Shown: positions 13,501 to 25,500 of the stretch, piece after piece
Numbering within the stretch: the first letter of the stretch is position 1
How the letters are laid out: every line of letters begins with the position of its first letter
NCBI GenBank assembly: GCA_002633005.1
Contig: NMRA01000063.1
Coordinates: 542,427-606,426 of the forward strand
Reading direction: 5' to 3'
DNA from: Phoronis australis
Lineage: Eukaryota; Animalia; Phoronida
Length of the DNA stretch: 64,000 nucleotides
Notes under the pieces: model-generated
The model's database searches: none
Seen by the model: the letters and a program-made list of their open reading frames with translations, nothing else
Told to the model about the DNA's origin: nothing
Program-made: the position numbers and the translations under genes

Positions 13501-16500
13501 GATCAAAAATAAACAGTTGTAAGGGTGTACAAATACTTAACAAAGAAATTTGGAAACATAAGTAACAACCCATTACTATAATCAAAATTCACATAAAAAT
13601 ATTTGTGAATAAGAAACCCTTACTAATACCGGTAGTGGTATTTCCTACCAAGAATTGTACAATGACACTTGGCTTACCTCAAAACCCAACTGCTGCCTGG
13701 TTGTTTGGTAATTGGCCCAATTATGTTGCATACCATGCACAATTAATGAGCAACATAGTACGGCAAAATTAAGCAAACGTTTTAGGTTGTAGAAGTCGCA
13801 TTTCTTATCCAATTTTCAAAATTAAAAAAACCTAATCACGTGTACTTTTCGTGAACTATTCAAATATGCTATTTACAAACTTTCAGAACGAAAATTTAAA
13901 AATACCGTTGTCGCTCTCAGTGTGTTTATGGTGGGTCTAATTACATAGAGAATGATAACATCAGCAGCCTGAGGCGATGTGATTGCCTACAACTGCATGG
14001 TGTCTTTGATCAATGCCGGCAGATTCTGATGTATGCAAACCAGTCGAGTTGCTCAATTTAGACAGGTTAGGGTGTCAACATAGGATTCTTTTCATGTAAA
14101 GATGCATGCATTTGATGTACATTAGTTAAAGATGCAGGCATTTCATGTACATTAGTTAAAGATGCATGCATTTCATGTACATTAGTTAAAGATGCAGGCA
14201 TTTCATGTACATTAGTTAAAGATGCATGCATTTCATGTACATTAGTTAAAGATGCATGCATTTCATGTACATTAGTTAAAGATGCCTGCATTTCATGTAC
14301 ATTAGTTAAAGATGCAGGCATTTCATGTACATTAGTTAAAGATGCAGGCATTTCATGTACATTAGTTAAAGATGCTTGCATTTCATGTACATTAGTTAAA
14401 GATGCAGGCATTTCATGTACATTAGTTAAAGATGCAGGCATTTCGCTCCGTCATTGTTAAAACTTGTACTTCTTATGTGACTGAAAAAATTTCAGCAATT
14501 TGAAGACATCTTTCAAATCTTGAGTATACACTACTATTACAGCAGCAGATGAAAGTGGATTCAGGAGTCATTACTATATAGTGTTTGAGGTGCCTAAAAA
14601 TACTTGTTTAACTGTGCATCAATTTCGTCCAATAACCATCAATACAAAATGCTACATTATTGTTCATTCCAACAGTGTGCATGCAAGTGGCAGTGAGAGT
14701 CATGAATTGAAAGAACTTCAGTCTATGCTGAAGGGGGATGTCACTCTGGCTGAGAAGATGTGAGTCTAGTCTTTTATACGTAAATGGTTCAAGGGCACAG
14801 TTCTGTGCTTTTTGGCTTTATTGACTACTACGTCATATGGTCAAATCTGTGAATATCTGCCTTATCGATGTCAAAAATACTTTATTTATTTTGAATTGGC
14901 CCATTTAGCCTGTAAACCCGTCCTCACATTAAAAGTGGCCTTTAACCCTGTGAAGAACGAGCTTCACCTCATCTTATAAGTCAGCCTTGACCTTGGTATA
15001 AACTGGCACATTTTCATTGTTGAGGTGTGTACTCCATTAATTGATTGACCAACTCATTGCTGCCTCGGTGTAGGTTAATGAAGGAAGGACAGTTTGACAT
15101 CTCAATTGGTAGAAAGCAGTTCTTAAGCACGACCACTTTTGTCAGATAATTATCCAGCGAGATTACCTAAATGCATGCATTTTTAGCACCACATAATGAA
15201 TTTTGAATTGTTAGTTGACGGAGTTCATCATTTTATGCACTGAATGCAATATGATTGGGAAAAGACTGGTTTTGTGACTCAAGTTTACGTTACTTGTTGA
15301 TACTGGTACTTTAAAAGTGATATCATTAGCCCAAATGTTGTGTATTTGAGTCAACAAACTCAGCGATCATAGTCTAAGACTTTGAAGGTAAACCTAAAAT
15401 CCAGTGCTGCAAATAGCCAGGTATTTTATATGTGTATTTAACTGATAACAAGGTACCTAAACTACACGGTCAACGGACTCATAAACATGGGCACAGACGC
15501 ATGAACACGACTCACGGACCTGCAAACACCGTCCACTGACTCACAAACACAGGAACGGTCTCACAAAATACGATCCACGCACCCAATTACATGGGACACG
15601 GACTCATATTCGCGAGGAAACACGGTTAACGGACCGCCAAACACGGGTCACGGACTCATCGGCTTCCTGGGTCAGCTGACATCTTCATTTTGTCCATAAA
15701 CCCAAGATCTCGAGTGCATTTATTTGTAAGACAGACTGGTAACAGTTGAAACCTTAAAGACTCTTGAAACTATGACTAATCACAACATCAACTTTACTTG
15801 TGATGTTCTACTTAGAAATCATATACCTGTACATTTTTTAACACTCTTTAGGTATATTCGGAAGGCTATTGAGAAGCAGAGACTTGGAGAAAATCGGCAG
15901 GTGGGTTGGTGCACTGCATTGACAGTAGTTCCTGTATTTTAGTTAACATATTTCACTATTGTTATAAAACCCAGCAATGACACTGACACACAGAGGTTAC
16001 ATATTGCTATTTGTTGTGATGCTTGTTTTACACTGACACACAGAAGTTTCATATTGCTATTTGTTGTGATGCTTGTTTTACACTGACACACAGAAGTTTC
16101 ATATTGCTATTTGTTGTGATGTGTGTTTCTGGTTGTTTTCAGAAACTCGGTTCTGTCCAAGTTGTGGGTGTGACCTGTGCAGCTTGCAGCTTCCCTTGTC
16201 TCAAAGGCATCAAGTTTTCTGTAAGTAAACAATATGTCTACTTGATCGAGTACTTCTCACTGATTCAAAGTCTTAGCTGTTGATCATAGAAAGTTAAAAG
16301 AGCAATAGGGTGGAAAAGTGAAATTTAGTTTTTGCGATTTTTTGTGGAAAGTTGCAGGAATTGAATACTATAAATTTTTAAAGTTTTCTACCACGGCTAC
16401 CTTCAACGTAAGTTCCTATAAATTGTGTACATTTGTAAGTCCGACTGTTAGAGGCAGTTGAAAAATGACAAATCATCAATCTTGGCGATTAGTTTAGTTT

Positions 16501-19500
16501 GAAATTTGTGACACTACTGTAAAGCATTTGTGTCTGGTGTGAAATTGAGCAACATGAATAAAATCAGTGTGACCACATTCTGTTTGAAAATAACTTTGGA
16601 TTCGTACACTCACTCCTATAAAAGTGGTTGCAAATTGTTGTTTACTGAGACTAAGTGACCTTGACATTGAGGAGGACTGACAGTTTATTACTGGCTGTCA
16701 CCATGTTCAACCATGCACCTAACTTATTAAGTTTGGTTACAAACAATAACGGTCCACCAACAGCGGTCCACCAATTTTTCTCCAGCCCAAAAATCATTTC
16801 TAATCTGCGAAATAACAAGATGAAACCAGTTTCATAACGTAAGTCGTCAAAGGTTAATTTGTTTGACACAAGACTGGTTCTTAGTGCCTCCAAATGCTTC
16901 TTGATTGCTGCACCTTTAAGTGTTCCTTGCTTGCAGTCCTGCAGCTTTAAGTGTTCCTTGCTTGCAGTCCTGCAGCTTTAAGTGTTCCTTGCTTGCAGTC
17001 CTGCAGCTTTAAGTGTTCCTTGCTTGCAGAATTTTAAGTCTTGTATTATTTATTCACGTTGATAATTAAGGCTTCCTTTCCACAAAGATATCTTACTTAA
17101 CAGACCAATGTTTTGATCAAGATAATGTATACTGTCTGTTGCCAATAGATGGTGCTGCTAGACGAGTGCAGTCAAATGACTGAGCCAGCGTCACTTCTCC
17201 CCTTAACTGTGGCAGAATGTGACAAACTGGTGCTGATTGGTGACCCTAGGCAGCTGGACCCGACCATACAGGGCTCAGAGGCGGGTACAGACTGTGGACT
17301 GGAGCAAACTTTGTTTGACAGGTTGCAGCTCATGGTAAGTTGTGTTAAAATGTGGCTCAAATTTTGTAGAAAATTTTGTTTGGCAAATTACGCTATCTTT
17401 GAGCAAAGCGCTAATTTTGCAACAGTCCAGTTGACTCGGTTGTATTAATGGTAAGACTTGACTTGGAAGTATGGAACTTGTACAAATGTCTTATCCAGTA
17501 TAAGTTAGCCACTGGCCCAATTATCCTGTTTGCTCACTTAAACTTGGTATTCTGTCATACTCGGTTTATGTTTCTGTTTCTACCTTGAAACAGTTATTGA
17601 CTAAAGTACTTTATTGTGCGTCCACATATTTATATGTGCACCATCTAATTTTGGAATACATATTAAAAATGAGTTTTTAAAGCAGTATGTATTTCAATAA
17701 AGAATATATTATTCACATGGATGTACTGATTTGGATGACTGGCGGGTAAGTTCGGGCATGGAAGATGCCGTTTTTCAGTATAAGTAAAAACACATACGAT
17801 TGTCATTAATACAATAAGTACAATTAACAAACAGCATCATCATTGGATAACAGCAGATGCTGGTCAATAATTATCTTTTAATTTACCTTATATCAGTGGT
17901 CTCAATCACCAAGACAGGTGGAAACAATTCATGGTCACACTGCTTAAACTATGGTGGCTGAACATAAAAAACCTAGTGGCAGTACCACTCCATGGCCGAA
18001 TCAAATAACCCATGACTCAGTGGCTGGACCAAAAAACTTATCTCTTTGGTTGCAGACATAACATTGCGAGCCTCTGGTGGATTTCCAGACTGATGCCATA
18101 GGGCTCTCAGTGTTTTCAGCCATTTTGTCCTGTGTCACACTTTCCAGTATGGCGCCATATTGACAACACGAACTCCATGTATCTGAGTCACCTGTGCCTG
18201 GTCTATGTGATGTCTATGATGTGTGTGCATCCGTCCGGCATCCGTCCAGCATCCATCCAGCGTCCACTGCTCTATCTTCTAAATCCTTTGATGTATGTTC
18301 ATGAAATTTTGTATACACGTTCCTTTCATGGATGGGACAGCATAAGTGAACTTTCGAATGGATCCGACTACCGATGTGCCCCCTAGTGGCAATTTTAGGT
18401 TTTTTCGTTTACCTCTCTATCTTCAAATTTACTCAACAGAATTCCATAAAATTTGGCGTTTTGGCATCTATTAGCGAGATGACGCTGTCCTCTCATTTTG
18501 GGATGGATCTGAGGTATTTTGCACCACTTTGTGGCCATTTTTACTGTTTTCGAGTCTTTTTTTGGCATCCGCCCCTCTATCAACCAAACCACTCTAAGGA
18601 TGATTGTGAAAATTGGCATGTATGTTTTTACTGTGAAGAGGACGGGTGACGATGATTTTCTGATGACTTTGACTACCGTCACAGGTGCGTTGTAGTGGCA
18701 GTTTTGTTTTCTTTTTTTGCGCCCATGGCTGTATCTCCTAAACCCTCTGCATGATCTTTACTAAACTTAGCATGTGTATTTATATAAGTTGACAACAGAT
18801 GATGACAACTTTCGGACAGATCTGACTACCGGTGTGCCCTAGAGTGACAATTTTAGTTTTTTATGTTTTCCTCTGTATCTTCAAAGGTCCTCAACGGATT
18901 CTCATAAAATTTGGAATATAAGCATCTATTGGTGAGATGACGCTATCCTCCCATTTTCGGGTGGATTTGAGGTATTTTGTGCCACCTGGTAGGCATTTTG
19001 GCTGTTTTCGAGTTTTTTGGTGTCCGCCCCTCTATCAACCAAACCATTCTAAGGACGATTTTGAAAATTGGCATTTAAGTTCACAGTGTGAAGAAAACGG
19101 TTGACGATGACGACTTTGACTACTGTGGCGCCTCCTAGTGGCAGTTTTGTTTTGTTTTGCGCTCATAGTTGTATCTCATAAACCCTCTGCAGGATTTAGT
19201 AAGTGTATTTCTATGAAGTTAACAACTGACGATGACTTTCAGACTGATCCGACGAATGCATTTTCATTTTTATCCATTTCCTTTTGTTTCTCTGAAGTTC
19301 CGTGACAGATTTTATGAAATTTGGTAATTAAAATAACTTTCTATTAAAGAAATGATGGCATGTTCCCATTTTGGATGGATTCAACTTATTACGTTCCATC
19401 TTGTGGCCATTTTTATGATACAAATAAACAACCCTAGAAGCACATCATTTGCGGTGCATTTGTGGGCGCAATTCAATGCTCCACGTTGCTCTTGTTGGAA

Positions 19501-22500
19501 AATGTGAAAAACTTTGATGAAGCTTTGTTTGGGTGTTGGTGGATAGTGGGATGTTTGTTGATGTTCAGAAAAATGATTTAATCCATAGTTAAAGGAGAAT
19601 GCCACCCAAAAAACAACTAGTTTGTCAATTTAGATCAAGTGGTTCCATTTGATAACAGCAAGGACAGCTTTTTTACCTGACGGCAGACGGAGGTGTTGAA
19701 ATTAACCAATGACATCTGAGGTTGGAAAGCAGTCTGTTGAGCAGTTCACAACACTCTTACTGGTGTCAGCTTATCGCTTGAATTCATCGTTTTACACCAA
19801 TAAATCATCAAATACATCGAGTACTTGAACAAATGTGTTGTTTTATTTTACTGTTACGGATTTTTAGTACTTGAACGTACTGTAGCCTACCAAGTTCGGT
19901 CTCGGGAGTTTGGGGTCTGTTCGGTGATAAATTCAAATTATTCGTCCATGAAATACAGACAGGAGAACATAGCTGTGTGCTGTAATTTTAGACTTGCAAT
20001 TTTTTCAGTTCTAAACACACAAAACGCTTGCTATCCCAGCCAGTGGCTCGGAACTCGATTAGGCCCATCACGGCTGGACTGAAGACATCACGAACATAAA
20101 CCAGCCAAAGTTGGAGACTAAACTTCCAAACTTTCAGTCACGAAAAGACTATACTAGTGAGCCAAAGAAAAAAATGTGCACGTGATTATTTTGGTGAATT
20201 AGCCGCGAAACTGCTAATGTGCTTACTGGCTTGTCAGGCTGTGAAGTTAGGTTATTCTTCCACAGAACCGTCAGGGCAAAAGTTGTACAATAACAATGAT
20301 TCGAATAATGTATATGACTATCTAAATAAAGATTCCCCTAACATCTGACCATTGGATATAAAATCTTGTTATTGTTTCACAACAGCCTTCAGCAAACACT
20401 GAATTAGCATGCGTTCACACGGCCTCGTTGTCTGGTCAATTAGTTTACTGCATCTAAAGCTGGTAACAGTGATTTATTCATTTGCTGGCTTCTTAAAACA
20501 TTTGCACTCACGAGCACTCCAAGGCATTACAGAGACAGATTTGTTCCAGTTTTGTATAAACATTGGTTAGGTTGAGAATAATACGTTTTGAAGCGAAATG
20601 CACAGTTATAATAAATGTCATTGTGGCGACTCACAATCCCGACTTAGTTCTCATCTTCACAGGTCGATCGTTAGGTTTCACAGGCTATAAGTTCGAACCG
20701 GAATTCACTGATCAAGAAAAAATAGAGAGGCTCCATGAACGTGCACAGATAACAGAACATATGGATAGTCCGAAAACCGTTTGAATGACTTGTCATGGTG
20801 TCAGTGAGCTAACTGCACAATAATGGAAACGACTGATGCTTGCATTTGCTGCCACGAAATTCTGCATCTGAAGCAAAATTCTTGGAGAAGCGCAGATGTA
20901 TCTCACAGACCATCCTGATTTTGCACCACATCTAAACAGAGGTGTGCTTACGTCGTTTTTTTAGGGCTGAGAAAAAGAACTGGCGAAAACATCCTACACC
21001 CAGAGGACCAAACAAGCCGCACAAACAAGTCAGTCAACAAACAGGTTATATAAAACGTTATGTTCTCGCGCCTTGAATTAATTGTAATTGTGTTTTCGTG
21101 GCCAACTACAATTCTCCATAATCAAAAACTGGTCAACAACTGATCCAATGAAATGCAGGCCACTGACAGACACGGAGTTTCTCCGGCAGCCTCATACTGG
21201 GTATTAACAGCGTACTTTTCATTCTTCACAACCACGAGCCACCTCCGAAGCATTATGAGCTCTCAAGGAAATTGAAAAAACGGTAAACTGTGTGCCTCGC
21301 AGTTAATTCATAGTTTATACTGTGTGCCTCGCAGTTAATTCATAGTTTATACTGTGTGCCTCGCAGTTAATTCATAGTTTATACTGTGTGCCTCGCAGTT
21401 AATTCATAGTTTATACTGTGTGCCTCGCAGTTAATTCATAGTTTATACTGTGTGCCTCGCAGTTAATTCATAGTTTATACTGTGTGCCTCGCAGTTAATT
21501 CATAGTTTATACTGTGTGCCTCGCAGTTAATTCATAGTTTATACTGTGTGCCTCGCAGTTAATTCATAGTTTATACTGTGTGCCTCGCAGTTAATTCATA
21601 GTTTATACTGTGTGCCTCGCAGTTAATTCATAGTTTATACTGTGTGCCTCGCAGTTAATTCATAGTTTATACTGTGTGCCTCGCAGTTAATTCATAGTTT
21701 ATACTGTGTGCCTCGCAGTTAATTCATAGNACCGTTTGAATGACTTGTCATGGTGTCAGTGAGCTAACTGCACAATAATGGAAACGACTGATGCTTGCAT
21801 TTGCTGCCATGAAATTCTGCATGTGAAACAAAATTCTTGGAGAAGCGCAGATGTATCTCACAGACCATCCTGATTTTGCACCACATCTAAACAGAGGTGT
21901 GCTTACGTCGTTTTTTTAGGGCTGAGAAAAAGAACTGGCGAAAACAGCCTACACCCAGAGGACCAAACAAGCCGCACGAACAAGTCGGTCAACAAACAGG
22001 TTATATAAAACGTTATGTTCTCGCGCCTTGAATTAATTGTAATTGTGTTTTTGTGGCCAACTACAATTCTCCATAATCAAAAACTGGTCAACAACCGATC
22101 CAATGAAATGCAGGCCACTGACAGACACGGAGTTTCTCCGGCGGCCTCGTACTGGGTATTAACAGCGTACTTTTCATTCTTCATAACCACGAGCCACCTC
22201 CGAAGCATTATGAGCTCTCAAGGTATACCGTGTGCCTCGCAGCCAATTCATAGTTCACACAAACGGGAACGATACATCACACCATAGTGGCACTCACTCT
22301 GCAGAAGAACTACGGACGTCACTGCGTCGTTACTCACCTTCCTCACAGGTTACCGCGACACCTCTCGGCGAGGTTAGATCGAGCGTATATGAGGTGATGT
22401 GGATATAGACCGATTAAGACAATAAAGACTAATTAAATCAAGTGGCATTCTCCTTTAAGATGTGTTATTGGTTCTATACCCGGTTTAAGCTTAAAGGCGA

Positions 22501-25500
22501 AGGCAACCTTTTTTCATGTAATTTGTAGTAAAAATACAGTTTGTTGATTATCTCAGACAGCTTCTCGTAATTTAGTTAATTAGTCGTGCCCTACTCCGGA
22601 AGTGACGTTTAAGGGTGAAGAATTTTCTGCCATTTTGTTTCTGCGTTCAAGTTTACTGTGAGGATCTGTTCTACTGTTGTTTTTGTGATGGTTTCCTATA
22701 ATTGTCGTCACCACTTCCCATCGACGAGTATTCTACAACAAGCTATGTTATTAGGAAACTCAATTACATTGAATTTGGGGAGCCTTTAGTTTGTAGTATC
22801 CTGAAAATGACTGGAGCCGGCAACCCATATCACAGTGACGTTAGTGATGCCCTGTTCACTGGACGACGAACTGTCCTCACTAGATGTTGAACTGGGCCTG
22901 TATTCACTCCCAGCATTCAATATCGCTTGCCACATACTCGATAATTCTCCACTACTTTTTACATTGCATAGTCTGGTAACACTGCATTATTCAGACGAAC
23001 GAGCCAAGTATGGCGGAGCAAGGAGTGTACTAGCAGGAAGCGATAAACCTGGTACTAGTGAAGTGTGTCATCTTAAGGAAAGCGATGTTATGGCATATCC
23101 CAAGTGTGCGTGAGATGATAATGAGTACATCCTGGTACGCAGCAACCATGATGCATGTTGACTGACTCGTAAATAAATGCAAACAACTGAACTTATCACA
23201 ACCGAGGTAAAATAATGACCGACTCGACAGCTCACACAGTTAGACTATATGAAAACAAAGTAGCAGGAAATTCTTAACCCCCTAAACGGTACTTCCTGAG
23301 TAGGGCATGACTAATTAATTTACAAGAAGTCGCAATATGTCTGGGATAATTTTTACTAAAAATGACATGAAAACAGGTTGCCTTTGCCTTTAAGGTAGTT
23401 GTAGGCTTGGTATTATTGGCAACGCAGCATTGCATTTTGTTATAAACACGAAACATTACAATCGGGGTAAACATGGATGCAAATCATATTAGCAATATTC
23501 AATTTGTTAGACAACAACCATATTGTGGTAATTGAGACAGAGCGTACAACCTTTAACAAGACGGGCGTCACTCATCATGCCAGCTGACTCATGTTGTCTG
23601 TCCTTTCAGGGTCACAAGTCAGTCATGTTGCGTACACAGTACAGATGTCACCCCAGTATCAGTGTTCTAGCCAACCAACTGTTCTACGACAACCAACTGA
23701 AGGATGGAGTGACTGAAGTGGACAGACTACCAGTGGTGGTTAGTACCACAGATACATCATTTTGCTTGGAAGCTGTTTAAGGCCATATTTAACATTTTAA
23801 GTAGTCTAAGGTAATTCATGAAAATATACTTCATTTTATGAAGCCAGGCATAGAAAGGTTTTTATATCACCACTGTACTATGGTGTTTTAAGGCAAAATT
23901 TGAAAGTTTATAAATGTGTTGAAAATGCAAGTGTCCACAACATTGTATTGAAATCCTGCCGACGTCAATTTATTTCAGAAGCTGCCATCATTGTGTTTCC
24001 TTGATGTCTCTAACGGTCAAGAGAAGTTTGACTCGGGTAGCTACTGCAATGACCATGAGTCCGAGTGTGTTGTAACACTGATACAGTACCTGCTGACTAG
24101 CGGCATAGAACCCCATGATATTGGGGTGATCACACTATACAAGGCACAAGCAGTAAAAATACAGTCACAATTGAGCTCTGCTAAGTGAGTATTGTCAAAG
24201 AATTTCGATTTAGCTCTATGAAGGCTGAAAGTAATCTGACAAAATGACTAAGAAATTAACAGTTACTACATTTGTCCACAAATGACATTCGTCCTCGTAT
24301 TTTCCGTTTGTGATGAGGAGAAATGATGTGGAATTACCTGGAAAATTAGGTTGATGAAACACTGTTCTGTATTTAAAATTTTTGTTGAGCAAGACATTCT
24401 CATTTATATTTTGTAAAAGTGAAATTTACTGCCATGATGGAGAAGTGGTATTTCGTCTGTTGCTTTCTATTGTGGCTGTGTTCTCATTGTTTATGGATAT
24501 ATTTCTGCCTAAGGGAGTTGAGACTCACTTTTAAAACTCACATTTTGCAGTAAATCTTCACTGTTCGCAGCTTGAAGTATCTGCAAAATGCATAGCCTCC
24601 ATTAATTTATGATAATTTAATGCAGAGTTATACAGTTAATACACTTAAAGGTCATCACCTCTTTTATAGTTGGTGTTTCTTTTATACTCATTTGGTTGTA
24701 GCATCTAAGGTCTGTTTCAACTAATGTTCTATTTAGCATTCCTCCTCAAACTAAGGTATCTACTAAGTAAATCAAGACAGTGATAGATATTTGTATGTAA
24801 GTGGAATAGCTATACTCCTATTGGGTGATACAGTAAATGAATTAAATAAATATGAATTGAACTCTTTTGTTGAGAGTTGATTGTGTACCATATAGTTTAA
24901 TATGTTTTTCCTATCAACGTACCTTTCTTTTTTGCTAAATTTTACTAAAAAGACTTTATGGTCGCAGTGTGTCCCGAACATGATAGGTGCGTCGCAAGCT
25001 CCGTTTCCAAAGATAAAAAGGAGGCCATATATAAGCGAAATAAAGGTTATTTATTATGGCTGATAACGGTACTGAAATATGACTGTAAAATAATAATCTC
25101 TGGAAAGATCGGCAATAAAAAGCGCAGCACTGAGGTAAGAGGAAGCACCGGAAAAAAGGGGTGGGAAAAAATTGAGAGATTATACTCAAACGTAAGTGCT
25201 GCTAAAGCAAGGAATGACAGGGAACATATGATTACTGAGAACAAAGGTTAACCCTAAGACAGGTGATAATCATCAGCCAATAGGAGCCAGGACCTGACCA
25301 AACTCGAGGCACATGACAGAAACGAACCAATAGTGAGGCTGGTAATGAAATGTCCCAGTGTGCAAAAGGACTGCATGCGAATGTACACAAAGGATTAGTG
25401 GATCAGTCCAAATGAAGGAAAAGGGGGTATAAGTAAGACAAGTCCATATTCTCACATAAAAGGGGGTATAAGTAAGACAAGTCCATATTCTCACATAAAT

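Larger units (their letters stand above)
19593..22454 (+). mobile_element. Kolobok-type transposon, family A (long copy) with KolX-like and THAP pseudogene remnants
   Basis: TTAA|AGGAGAATGCCAC...GTGGCATTCTCCT|TTAA; convergent remnants of two genes; contains N at 21730. Confidence 0.85.

Noticed and set aside
13289-13939. TAGACCCA...TGGGTCTA possible MITE
   Set aside because: The inverted match is short and imperfect; plausible but not supportable.
16294-16919. TTAA-bounded segment as another Kolobok element
   Set aside because: The two ends match too poorly as inverted repeats.
21288-21729. Regular 30-41 bp arrays (also 14097, 27547, 33982, 47126) as CRISPR arrays
   Set aside because: Units are head-to-tail with no unique spacers, there are no cas genes, and the context is eukaryotic introns.
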